Shown piece after piece: positions 9,843 through 18,712 of a DNA stretch of 64,000 nt. Numbering within the stretch: position 1 is the first letter of the stretch; each line of letters opens with the position of its first letter. The position numbers and the translations under genes are program-made. Below the pieces are notes generated by a model, which was given only the letters and a program-made list of their open reading frames with translations, did not search any database and was not told where the DNA came from. Source of the stretch: Mycobacteriales bacterium (GTDB taxonomy: Bacteria > Actinomycetota > Actinomycetes > Mycobacteriales > QHCE01); assembly GCA_041743105.1 (NCBI GenBank), contig JBGTNI010000010.1, positions 13,589-77,588 on the forward strand, in the 5' to 3' direction.

Positions 9843-10679
9843 TTAGAGCGTCCGCCCGACCTCGAGCCGGCTGAAGGCGGTCACCGTGACACCGGCGGCC
9901 TCCAATAGAGCATTCACAGTCTTCTTGCTGTCTTGCACCGAAGACTGCTCCAACAGCACCGAGTCCTTGAAGAAGCCATTGAGGCGACCCTCCACAATCT
10001 TCGGTATTGCGCCATCGGGCTTACCTTCCTCGCGGGCAGTCTGCTCGGCGATACGACGCTCGCTTGCGACAACCTCGGAAGGAACCTGATCGCGGGAGAT
10101 GTACCTGGGGCGCATGGCCGCAATCTGCATCGCGGCGTTGCGCGCGGCAGCCGAAGCCGTTGCGGTGTCGCCGTCGGCCTGGTAGGAAACCAGCACACCA
10201 ACCTGCGGCGGTAAATCAGCATTGCGTCGGTGCAGATACACCACCACCGGCGCATCGAGTGCCGCAGCGCGGCTCACCACGATCTTCTCACCGATCACGG
10301 CCGAGGTTTCTTCGATGGCCTGCGCAACGGTCCGCCCATCGGAAAGCGCAGCGGCCAGCAGGTCGGTAGCGTCGTGGATCCGCGTAGCATCGACCGCGGC
10401 CACGATCTGTTCACCCAGCTGCTGGAACTGCTCGTTCTTAGCGACGAAGTCAGTCTCGCAGTTGAGTTCGACCAACGCCGAACCAGCGTGAGCGATCAGG
10501 CCATTGGCCGCGGTGCGGCCAGACCGCTTGCCCACGTCTTTGGCGCCTTTCACCCGTAGCAGCTCCACGGCCTTGTCGAAGTCGCCATCGGATGCTTCCA
10601 GCGCTTTCTTGCAGTCCATCATTCCCGCGGCGGTGAGGTCGCGGAGCTTTTTGACGTCAGCGGCTGAGTAGGTACTCAT
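9843..10679 (-). CDS. tsf: elongation factor Ts
   Basis: N-terminus [45 protein letters not shown] is a UBA-like EF-Ts N-terminus. Confidence 0.9.
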   Translation of the reverse strand: MSTYSAADVKKLRDLTAAGMMDCKKALEASDGDFDKAVELLRVKGAKDVGKRSGRTAANGLIAHAGSALVELNCETDFVAKNEQFQQLGEQIVAAVDATRIHDATDLLAAALSDGRTVAQAIEETSAVIGEKIVVSRAAALDAPVVVYLHRRNADLPPQVGVLVSYQADGDTATASAAARNAAMQIAAMRPRYISRDQVPSEVVASERRIAEQTAREEGKPDGAIPKIVEGRLNGFFKDSVLLEQSSVQDSKKTVNALLEAAGVTVTAFSRLEVGRTL

Positions 10680-10819
10680 GACTCACTTTCTTTCCGATTT
10701 GTCTGCCTAAAGCGACCACCACTAGGTTACTGCCTAGGCCACGGGAGCCACCGCGTGCACATAGTATGGCAAGGCGGCTCAGGATATCGGAACGTCGGCA
10801 GGGGCCTAGTAGACGATGA

Positions 10820-11608
10820 CTATTTGTTGGCGCCCTCGAGCAGCTCGCGCTCCCATTCGGCGAGAGGTTCGCCTGAACCCAGACCAGCCGCCTCCGGTTT
10901 AGCGTCAGCCTCAGCAGCACCCGCGCGTGCAAGCAGACCGTCGGCTACCGCATCGGCGATAACTCGGGTGAGTAGGCCGGCGCTGCGAATCGCGTCGTCA
11001 TTACCCGGAATCGGATAGTCAACCTCATCGGGGTCACAGTTGGTATCGAGCACCGCAATGATGGGAATGCCCAACTTGCGGGCCTCGTCCACCGCTATGT
11101 GCTCTTTCTTGGTGTCGACTATCCAGACGGCACTGGGGAGACGCTGCATGTCACGCAGCCCACCCAGGGTGCGGTCCAGCTTCTCCCGCTCGCGGCGAAG
11201 CACTAGGGCTTCTTTCTTGGTGAGCACGTTCTCTCCACCGGTCTGCTCGATGACCTCAAGCTCCTTGAGGCGCTGCAACCGCTTATACACAGTGGAGAAG
11301 TTGGTGAGCATGCCGCCGAGCCAACGCTGATTCACGTAGGGCATACCGACACGCTGGGCCTGGGAGGCTATAGCCTCTTGTGCCTGCTTCTTGGTTCCGA
11401 TGAACAGAATCGAACCCCCGTGGGCCACCGTCTCGCGAATGTATTCGAAGGCGCGGTCGATGTAGCCCAGGGTCTGCTGCAGGTCAATGATGTAAATGCC
11501 GTTGCGGTCGGTGAAAATGAACCGCTTCATCTTCGGGTTCCACCGGCGCGTTTGATGGCCAAAGTGCACGCCGCTTTCCAGCAGCTGTCGCATAGTTACT
11601 ACAGCCAT
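10820..11608 (-). CDS. rpsB: 30S ribosomal protein S2
   Basis: Trimmed to ATG at 11608 ([27 protein letters not shown]). It has an acidic/Ala-rich C-terminal tail. Confidence 0.9.
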   Translation of the reverse strand: MAVVTMRQLLESGVHFGHQTRRWNPKMKRFIFTDRNGIYIIDLQQTLGYIDRAFEYIRETVAHGGSILFIGTKKQAQEAIASQAQRVGMPYVNQRWLGGMLTNFSTVYKRLQRLKELEVIEQTGGENVLTKKEALVLRREREKLDRTLGGLRDMQRLPSAVWIVDTKKEHIAVDEARKLGIPIIAVLDTNCDPDEVDYPIPGNDDAIRSAGLLTRVIADAVADGLLARAGAAEADAKPEAAGLGSGEPLAEWERELLEGANK

Positions 11609-11931
11609 GGCGGTGCCATGCCTTTCTCTCACGCGGGCCTGGGCCCGCTCCTCGGTTGTCGCCGGCACATCGATGGTGCCCGCCCTAACGCCTAGAGCTC
11701 GCCGTGGCGGGCCCGAAACCGGGACCGAGGAGGCTTGCCGTTGTCCTAAGTGCGGACGGTCTAAGCGCATGTAGTCGGATCGGTGGTGCCGATCCGCTGA
11801 TGGATAGTGGGCCCAAGTATACGCTGCAGACCCCGCCATGGCGGTAGCAGCATGGGTCCACAGTCGCTTGAGCGATGCACAGGACGCGCGACTGTGGTGT
11901 ATGAGCGGCTACCCGACGTGATCATGAGAAC

Positions 11932-12468
11932 ATGCGTCTCATCGCCCTAGTTTCACTTGCGCTGCTCATCGGTGGTGCAGAGGGCCTGCCATCCGCCACT
12001 CCCGCTTTCAATGTCGCAGCGCTGCCCCCGAAAGCCGATGGCTTCGTACGACCTGTCGATGGCCCGGTGATACGCCCTTTCCAACCGGGGGAACATCGAT
12101 ACGCCGCAGGACACCGAGGGGCGGACTTAGCGGCCTCGGAGTCTAGCATCGTGCGGGCCGCCGGCAGCGGCACTGTAGCCGCCGCCGGCGTCGTCGCCGG
12201 ACGTCCGGTGGTCTCGATCGTCCACACCGGAGGCCTGCGTACCACGTACGAACCGATCGTGCCGCGGGTTCGTACCGGCCAGCACGTGACAACCGGTCAG
12301 CCGATCGGGGTGTTGCTGCCTGGTCACGCCGGATGCGCCCACGAGGCATGCCTGCATTGGGGTCTGCGGCGCAGCGCCCCAGACGGCGAGAAGTACCTCG
12401 ATCCGCTGCTGCTGCTCGGGGCGGGCACGGTCCGCCTCAAGCCGCTCCAGCCCGGCGACGTGCCCTGA
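11932..12468 (+). CDS. M23 family metallopeptidase
   Basis: Signal-like N-terminus, with the HRGADLAA and HWGLRR (HxxxD / HxH-type) contexts. Confidence 0.7.
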   Translation: MRLIALVSLALLIGGAEGLPSATPAFNVAALPPKADGFVRPVDGPVIRPFQPGEHRYAAGHRGADLAASESSIVRAAGSGTVAAAGVVAGRPVVSIVHTGGLRTTYEPIVPRVRTGQHVTTGQPIGVLLPGHAGCAHEACLHWGLRRSAPDGEKYLDPLLLLGAGTVRLKPLQPGDVP

Positions 12469-12514
12469 GCGACCGATTCCTCAGCACAAACCGTCCAGGG
12501 CGGGCTCACCCCAC

Positions 12515-13480
12515 TCAGGCGCGGGGATGGGCCTGCTGGAAGGCGCTGCGTAACCGTTCCGCAGAGACGTGGGTGTAGATCTGGCTCGTAGCCAAGCTTG
12601 CGTGACCCAGCAGCTCCTGCACGCTACGAAGGTCGGCGCCGCCTTCCAACACATGCGTGGCCGCGGAGTGTCGCAGCCCGTGCGGCGCCAGATCGGGTGC
12701 GCCAGGCACCTGCGCCAGCGCGGCGTGCACCACACGACGTACCTCACGCTGGTCGATGCGGCGACCGCGCACCCCTAGCAGCAGCGCCGGAGTCGATGCC
12801 AGTTCGGCATCGCCACGATCTCCAGGCGCGGCAAGTAGCGCCGGACGGCCTTGCTGCAGGTATTGCTGCACGGCTCGCCACGCGGGTAGTCCGAAGGGCA
12901 CGCTGCGCTCCTTGTTGCCCTTACCGATCACTCGCAACAGCAGCCGCTGCCCGTCGATCGATTCCAGGTTGAGCCCACAGAGCTCAGCGACCCGCACCCC
13001 GGTGGCATACAACATCTCCACGATAACCCGATTGCGCAGCCCAACCGGATCGTCGTCATGCGCAACGCTGTCCATCAGCCGAGCCGCTTGGTCGGCTCTT
13101 AGCACGTCCGGGAGATCGTGCGGAAGCTTCGGGCTGCGCAGCAGTAACGCCGGATCGGCGGCTAGTTTCTTCTCTCGGTGAGCCCAGGCGGTAAACGCGC
13201 GGGCACCGGCGATCCGCCTCGCGAGGGTTGTCGGGCTGGCCCCCGTGCCGCGGAGCTTGGCAAGCCAGCTCCGAAGTGCCGGAAGATCACATGCGGCGAT
13301 ATCGCTTGCGCCTCGCGCCACCAGATGCTCGGCCAGGCTCACCGCATCGCCCACATAAGCACGAACAGTGTGTGGGGCCAAGCCTTTCTGCCGCAACAAG
13401 TGGTGCTCAAAACCGGCGATCAGCTTCGCCAGCGGTGCGGGAAACTCGCATCCACGCTGCGGCGATGATCGACCAGTCAC
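12515..13480 (-). CDS. xerC: tyrosine recombinase XerC
   Basis: C-terminal catalytic region HGLRHSAATHVLEGGADLRSVQELLGHASLATSQIYTHV, with the N-terminal core-binding domain. Confidence 0.85.
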   Translation of the reverse strand: MTGRSSPQRGCEFPAPLAKLIAGFEHHLLRQKGLAPHTVRAYVGDAVSLAEHLVARGASDIAACDLPALRSWLAKLRGTGASPTTLARRIAGARAFTAWAHREKKLAADPALLLRSPKLPHDLPDVLRADQAARLMDSVAHDDDPVGLRNRVIVEMLYATGVRVAELCGLNLESIDGQRLLLRVIGKGNKERSVPFGLPAWRAVQQYLQQGRPALLAAPGDRGDAELASTPALLLGVRGRRIDQREVRRVVHAALAQVPGAPDLAPHGLRHSAATHVLEGGADLRSVQELLGHASLATSQIYTHVSAERLRSAFQQAHPRA

Positions 13481-13567
13481 GAGACCCCCTAGCCATAAGA
13501 GCGCAACATTGCGAAACTACTCGTATTGACGATGTTTCTTCTAAACGACAGGCACTGGGGGGAGACG

Positions 13568-14410
13568 ATGGCGCGAGCGATCTGGAGCGGCTCTCTTACG
13601 TTCGGCTTAGTCAACCTGCCGATCGGCTTATTTTCTGCTACGGAGGATCGCGACGTACATTTCCACCAGTTCCAGCGTGGAACCTCTGATCGGGTGCGCT
13701 ATCAACGAGTCAACGAGCGAACCGGCAAAAAAGTTGAGTACGCGGACATCGTGAAAGGCGCTGACGTCGACGGTAGCTACGTTCTGGTCTCCGACGACGA
13801 ACTCGAACAGATCGCGCCGAATAGCTCTCGCGCCTTGGAAATAACCGGATTTGTGGACTTAGAACAAATAGATCCGATCTACTTCCAAAAAACGTACTAC
13901 CTTGCGGCAAGCGCCGAGAACTACAGACGCACATATTCACTGTTAATGGCCGCGTTACGCGACAGCAATCGGGCCGGAATCGCCTCGTTGGTGCTTCGTG
14001 GCAAGGAACATCTCGCAGTCGTTCGGGCATTGGGAGATGTTATGGCACTGCAGACACTGTTCTTTGTCGATGAGATCCGCGATCCCGCCACCGTGCTGGG
14101 TCCAAGCCAGACCAAGGCCGATTTCGACCGCAAGGAGCTCAGCGTGGCCAAACAGTTCATCGACGCGTTAAGCGTCGAGTGGACACCTGAGGACTATCGC
14201 GACACCTACCGTGAGCGAGTGGAAAACCTGTTGCAGAGCAAGCGTAAGGGCGACTCGGTGGTACCGGAGAAGGCGCCGCCGCCCTCGACGAACGTCATCG
14301 ATCTCATGGACGCCCTGCAGCGCAGTGTCAAGGCCGCCGGAGGTAAACGCAGTCGAAGCGGCGCGTCGCGGTCGACACAGGGCACGCGGAGCCGTAAAAA
14401 GGCATCGTGA
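13568..14410 (+). CDS. ku: NHEJ protein Ku
   Basis: Trimmed to ATG at 13568 after ggggag. Product begins MARAIWSGSLTFGLVNLPIGLFSATE and ends in a basic Lys/Arg/Ser tail. Confidence 0.9.
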   Translation: MARAIWSGSLTFGLVNLPIGLFSATEDRDVHFHQFQRGTSDRVRYQRVNERTGKKVEYADIVKGADVDGSYVLVSDDELEQIAPNSSRALEITGFVDLEQIDPIYFQKTYYLAASAENYRRTYSLLMAALRDSNRAGIASLVLRGKEHLAVVRALGDVMALQTLFFVDEIRDPATVLGPSQTKADFDRKELSVAKQFIDALSVEWTPEDYRDTYRERVENLLQSKRKGDSVVPEKAPPPSTNVIDLMDALQRSVKAAGGKRSRSGASRSTQGTRSRKKAS

Positions 14411-14646
14411 CCTATGCCGGAACACTGGTTCGACCTTCCGCGGCCGCACTCGCCGACGCCTCGAGGGATCGGCTCGTCTGCCTGTCGTGCGAGCGCGGCT
14501 GGGAACATTGCCACGACGCGATGGTGGTCCATACCGACGGTGAAGCAGAATGCACCGCTTCCACCGCGTGCTTACTCACCGTGGAGCTACACATCCTCAG
14601 GGTCGGCTGTGCGGATCTACAGCCGCAGTGCCGCTGCGGCGAGTAG
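14407..14646 (+). CDS. hypothetical Cys-rich small protein (79 aa)
   Basis: GTG start overlaps the ku stop (GTGA). It has 8 Cys, including the stretch CLSCERGWEHCH, and mostly G/C third positions. It exactly fills the gap between ku and the ligD polymerase gene. No homolog is recognised. Confidence 0.4.
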   Translation: MTYAGTLVRPSAAALADASRDRLVCLSCERGWEHCHDAMVVHTDGEAECTASTACLLTVELHILRVGCADLQPQCRCGE

Positions 14647-14648
14647 CC

Positions 14649-15572
14649 CTATCGCCGAAAATCGACAGCCGGCAGCTTTGCGCCAGGTGCTTGCAGTGGC
14701 GCCAGGAGATCCCCGAACTTGTCGACCCGCCTTAACACGTCGCGATAATCAAACCGCAGGTCACTCTCGTGGCGGCAGCTTTCTACCTCCTGCCACGTGA
14801 TCGGTGTGGAGACGAGCGCGCCAGGACGAGCTCGTAGCGAGTACGCGACCACAGTGGTCTTGGCCGGGTTGTTTTGGCTCCAGTCCAGCAACACCTTGCC
14901 GGCGCGGCGCGATCGGGTCATGGTGTCGACGACCGTCTCCGGGTGTGACGCGGTCATCTGACGGGCGAGCCTGCGCGCATAGGCCCTGGTCTGCTCGGCT
15001 CGAGTCGTCGCGACCGGAGAGTACAGCTGTAAGCCCTTGGAGCCGCTGGTTTTGACGTAGCTGTCCAGACCATCGGCGGCCAATCGCTGGCGCAGTAACA
15101 ACGCTACTTCACAGCACGCAACGATGCCGGCTGGCGCACCCGGATCGAGGTCGAAGACGAGCAGATCCGGTGAACGGCGACCCCCTCGTGGCCCCACCTT
15201 CCACTGTGGCACATGCAGTTCCAGGGCGGCGAGATTAGCTGCCCACACCAAACCCGCAACATCGTCTAGTACCGCGTAGCCGGGTGGGTCCTGCTGTGTC
15301 TGAGACGACATCGACACGGCGACTGTGCGCAGCCATTTCGGAGCGTGACGTCGCGCGTCTTTGTCAAAGAATCCAGCAGCGTCGATCCCGTCAGGGCAGC
15401 GGAACATTGTGAGGATCCGATCGACGAGATGCGGCAGCAGCACCGGCGCTATCTGCTGGTAGTAGGCGATCACGTCGCGTTTGCTGAGACCGATATCGGG
15501 ATAGAGCTCCTTATCTAAATTGGACAAACGTAATTGGCGTTCGCCCACTCGCACATCCACGACCTCAGACAT
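14649..15572 (-). CDS. ligD: LigD polymerase/primase-domain protein
   Basis: Motifs LSNLDKELYP and VFDLDPG, typical of the LigD polymerase domain. Its start overlaps the upstream stop by 1 nt (TGATG). Confidence 0.8.
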   Translation of the reverse strand: MSEVVDVRVGERQLRLSNLDKELYPDIGLSKRDVIAYYQQIAPVLLPHLVDRILTMFRCPDGIDAAGFFDKDARRHAPKWLRTVAVSMSSQTQQDPPGYAVLDDVAGLVWAANLAALELHVPQWKVGPRGGRRSPDLLVFDLDPGAPAGIVACCEVALLLRQRLAADGLDSYVKTSGSKGLQLYSPVATTRAEQTRAYARRLARQMTASHPETVVDTMTRSRRAGKVLLDWSQNNPAKTTVVAYSLRARPGALVSTPITWQEVESCRHESDLRFDYRDVLRRVDKFGDLLAPLQAPGAKLPAVDFRR

Positions 15573-17050
15573 CAGCGCTCCTCCACAGTCCGGGTTGCAG
15601 GCACGGTGCCGCGGACCTGTGCCGGGTTCTTATCAGACCGCAGCCCCCGCCACGAGGCGTGACGCAATCGACCATCGGCAGTCCAGGATCGAAATTGCAC
15701 TTCCCCTACGAGCGTCGGGTTCACCCATCGGGCGCCACGTGCCCTACCTGTCGGAACCGGCGTAACGAAGGGTGACGTCTTACGTCCTGCGCGCTCCAAG
15801 AAACGAGTTAAATCGGCTCGGACTGCCTCGCTGAACCCCGTTCCTACATCACCAATGTATGTGAGGCTCAGGTTTTCCAACGACTTTCCCGACTTCAGTC
15901 TTCTCGACCCTGGATCGGGCAGACCCAGCAGCAGCGCACCGAGCTGTCCTTTAAGCCGACCGGCTCCTTCTCGCCAACCGCCGATCACCACCTCTTGAGT
16001 GAGAATGTTGGGAACCTTGATCCAATCCGGGGATCGCTTCCCCGGTCGATATGGCGAGTCGAGTCGCTTTGCGATCACTCCCTCGAGTGCCTGCTCGCGG
16101 CTGGCCTGTTGTACGGCCGCGCCGGAATCGGAGTCGGAGAAGCAGGGCGGCACTGACCAATCCGAACCCGGGGGCACTACCGACTCGAGCAGCTTCCGGC
16201 GTTGCCAGTATGGCGTACGCAGCAGCGAGTGGCCGCCGCGGTGGAGCAGATCGAAAATGAGAAAAGACACCGGGACCTCGACGGCCATCCGAGCTATCTC
16301 GGTCTGGTCGCGCAGGTGCATGCGGCGCTGTAGGACAGCAAAGCTTGGCCGACCGGCAGCATCGAACGCCACCAGCTCACCGTCGAGGAGCACCTGCGTA
16401 CTTCCTATCGCGTCAACCAGGTTTTGTAGCTCGGGATAGCGTCCCGTCGTATCCGCTTCGCCCCGTCCCCACGCCTGAAAGCGGCCATCCTGTATCGAGA
16501 CCAGCGCCCGGACACCGTCCCATTTGAACTCGTAGGCCCACCGCGAGCCGGCTCTGGGATTGTCGGGAAGCTCACCCAGGGTCGCTAACATCGGCGCTAG
16601 GTGGCGTGGCAGTGGCTCACTGTGCTTGTCCCCAGGCGGATCTAGCTGGGGGATCGGACGGCTCAGACAACGTAGTAGCCACTGCGATTCATCGGTGCAT
16701 ATGAGTAGATAGCGGCCCTGTAACCGTCGGCCCTGTAGTGACACCTCCACGTGTCGGTCGTCCCACTTGTGGGTTCGATACGTACCTTCGTCCCAAATGC
16801 TGACATGGCCCGCACCGTATTCCCCTCGAGGAATCTCTCCGGCGAAATTGGCGTACTCCAATGGATGATCTTCGGTTCGAATGGCTAGCCGCTGTGGTCC
16901 TGGTTCGTCGGGCACTCCTTTGGGAACTGCCCACGAGACCAACACCCCGGCTCGTTCGAGCCGAAAATCCCAATGCAGCCGTCGCGCGTGATGTTCTTGA
17001 ACCACAAACTTTTGCTCTCCGGAGTCGGCAACGTGAGCCGAGGGGGTCAC
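15572..17050 (-). CDS. ligD: LigD 3'-phosphoesterase + ATP-dependent ligase domains
   Basis: Phosphoesterase motif FVVQEHHARRLHWDFRLE, then the ligase adenylation motif EFKWDGVR. Confidence 0.85.
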   Translation of the reverse strand: MTPSAHVADSGEQKFVVQEHHARRLHWDFRLERAGVLVSWAVPKGVPDEPGPQRLAIRTEDHPLEYANFAGEIPRGEYGAGHVSIWDEGTYRTHKWDDRHVEVSLQGRRLQGRYLLICTDESQWLLRCLSRPIPQLDPPGDKHSEPLPRHLAPMLATLGELPDNPRAGSRWAYEFKWDGVRALVSIQDGRFQAWGRGEADTTGRYPELQNLVDAIGSTQVLLDGELVAFDAAGRPSFAVLQRRMHLRDQTEIARMAVEVPVSFLIFDLLHRGGHSLLRTPYWQRRKLLESVVPPGSDWSVPPCFSDSDSGAAVQQASREQALEGVIAKRLDSPYRPGKRSPDWIKVPNILTQEVVIGGWREGAGRLKGQLGALLLGLPDPGSRRLKSGKSLENLSLTYIGDVGTGFSEAVRADLTRFLERAGRKTSPFVTPVPTGRARGARWVNPTLVGEVQFRSWTADGRLRHASWRGLRSDKNPAQVRGTVPATRTVEER

Positions 17051-17420
17051 GTGATCGGAGTCTGGGATTGGCTCCGGGTCCTACCGCGATTACGGCGCTG
17101 TAGATACTGGCCGAGATCACCGTGCACGTGTTCCCCCTTTTATGTCGGTTAAAGGGCTCAAATCCGGTCTGGAGTTCTTGTTTCCCGCCTGCGGCCTATC
17201 ACACCTGTCCCCACGATTCTGCACTACTGACGAGAATCGCACACTCGACCGGGCTTGGATACTCCAAGAAACCACTAGCAGTGCCGCTTCGATCGCAATA
17301 TCCTTGTAACAGTGCGCAACACGCCAGAATAGGTAGGTTCTCAATGACACATATCTCAGCAGGTTCGACTAGGTCAGCATTGAGCTTTCGGGGCCCGATA
17401 GGGCTCGGAGCATCGCCACG

Positions 17421-17807
17421 TTGGTTGCGGCGGTGTTTATTTTAATTGGTGTGCTCGGTTTCATTCCCGGCATCACCACCAACCTAGACCAGCTAGAATT
17501 CGCTGGCCATGAATCAGGCGCGGAGCTACTGGGACTTTTCCAAGTCTCAGTACTACATAACATCGTGCACCTACTGTTCGGTGTGGTCGGACTGGCGCTT
17601 GCCCGCTCGGTCTCGGGTGCCGTGAGGTTCCTGATCGGTGGTGGAGTCGTTTACTTGGTCCTATGGGTATACGGATTGCTGGTCGATCACGGCGGCGACG
17701 CTAACTTCGTCCCGTTCAACGATGCCGACAACTGGCTGCACCTTGGCCTGGGGGTTGGCATGATTGCATTGGGACTGTTGGCGCGACCGGCGCGCACCAC
17801 CACCTAA
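17421..17807 (+). CDS. DUF4383-like membrane protein
   Basis: VAAVFILIGVLGFIPGITTN...VLHNIVHLLFGVVGLALA. The only canonical in-frame start is TTG at 17421, so the true start is uncertain. Confidence 0.55.
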   Translation: MVAAVFILIGVLGFIPGITTNLDQLEFAGHESGAELLGLFQVSVLHNIVHLLFGVVGLALARSVSGAVRFLIGGGVVYLVLWVYGLLVDHGGDANFVPFNDADNWLHLGLGVGMIALGLLARPARTTT

Positions 17808-17820
17808 TGAGCAAACAACA

Positions 17821-17846
17821 AGGTGGGCCACAGCTGTGGCCCACCT
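17821..17846 (+). terminator. hairpin after the DUF4383 gene
   Basis: aggtgggccaca-gc-tgtggcccacct, a 12-bp stem. Confidence 0.55.
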
Positions 17847-17962
17847 TCACATTCCTACCTTATCTTCGACAGCTCTACCCGGATGCTAAACAGCAACGAA
17901 TAGCATTTAATCCTGACTCCGGCGACGCACCCACGGTTTTCAGCCGGAGACTATGAACAGAC

Positions 17963-17996
17963 ACGGATGGACACCGCTTAGGCGGTGTCCATCCGT
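17963..17996 (-). terminator. hairpin after the His-rich protein gene
   Basis: acggatggacaccgc / gcggtgtccatccgt, a 15-bp stem lying 14 nt past the stop at 18010. Confidence 0.55.
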
Positions 17997-18009
17997 TGTG
18001 CTATGCACT

Positions 18010-18324
18010 TTACAGGTTCAGACTCAGGTCCAGATCCAGATTTAGACCGTCGTCATTGTAGTTATTCCGGTCGTATGAGCGGTGGTGCCGGTCTTTCCAG
18101 TTGTCGTGCGAGCTGTGGTGCCGGTCGCAGTTTTTGTGCCAGCGATCTTTCCAGTTGTCGTGCGAGCTGTGGTGCCCATCGTTCCAGCTGTTGTGCGAGC
18201 TGCGGTGCCGATCGTTGTCGCCTAGGATGTTGAGGCTGGCCGATGCCGGAGCGGAAACGCCCACAGCGATACCGGTGGCCATCACCGTTGCTACGGCAGC
18301 CATGGCAAGTTTGCGATAACGCAT
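18010..18324 (-). CDS. secreted His/Trp-rich repeat protein
   Basis: Trimmed to ATG at 18324 after aaagg. Signal peptide MRYRKLAMAAVATVMATGIAVGVSAPASA. The mature part holds 11 His in repeats HHSSHDNWKDR. Confidence 0.6.
   Translation of the reverse strand: MRYRKLAMAAVATVMATGIAVGVSAPASASLNILGDNDRHRSSHNSWNDGHHSSHDNWKDRWHKNCDRHHSSHDNWKDRHHRSYDRNNYNDDGLNLDLDLSLNL
18092..18209. repeat. 54-nt period tandem repeat inside the His-rich gene
   Basis: tctttccagttgtcgtgcgagctgtggtgcc occurs at 18092-18122 and 18146-18176, with a degenerate third copy at 18180-18209. Confidence 0.75.
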
Positions 18325-18712
18325 ATCTTTACCTTTCAGTTCGGGTGGCGATCCGGCTTCTTCGTCGCTTCCCGCGAAGCTGGACCTTTCGTGCACGAGA
18401 GTGTCCTCTCGACTCTTACATTCGCGGTATTACCCCGATCGGTTGGCTCCGAACCAAAGTATTTCTGGAAACATTTATTACCCACAGCCACTCGCCTGAA
18501 CAAAACCGATCGTGCCGGCGTATTCCGCGCCGAGGTTGACCGGCTTGCCGCGGCCACCAGGACCGCCTTTATTCTGATCACGGGTGGTCGGCTGCTCATT
18601 CGGCGGAACAGCGGCGAAGTGCTGCTGCCATCTGAGGCCTCCCGTCGCACATCGACTGATCGAATATCTGGCACAACGGCGCGATAGGCCCAAAAGTGTA
18701 GAGAGGTGCGCT

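Noticed and set aside
14414-14800. 128-aa plus-strand ORF starting at an ATG just after ku
   Set aside because: It overlaps the 3' end of the ligD polymerase gene on the opposite strand. Its Pro/Arg/Ser-rich composition looks non-coding. The GTG-initiated Cys-rich frame is the better candidate for this gap.
17051-17420. Scanned this and other long intergenic regions (9709-9842, 11609-11931, 32164-32566, 52699-52959) for tRNA or other RNA genes
   Set aside because: No cloverleaf-compatible segments or T-loop GGTTCGAATCC-type sequences were seen, so no RNA gene can be supported.
17344-17445. Possible frameshift or missing start at the 5' end of the DUF4383 gene (an ATG at 17344 is in another frame; in-frame upstream codons encode a plausible N-terminus but follow a TAG at 17370)
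   Set aside because: I cannot distinguish a TTG start, a non-canonical start and a sequencing error from the sequence alone. I kept the TTG-start call with reduced confidence.
18325-18712. Possible riboswitch (c-di-AMP/ydaO-like or cobalamin-like) in the long leader of the His-rich gene
   Set aside because: I saw only loose resemblances (acgggagg, ccgccgaa). I could not assemble the conserved helices or boxes by eye. It needs a covariance-model scan.
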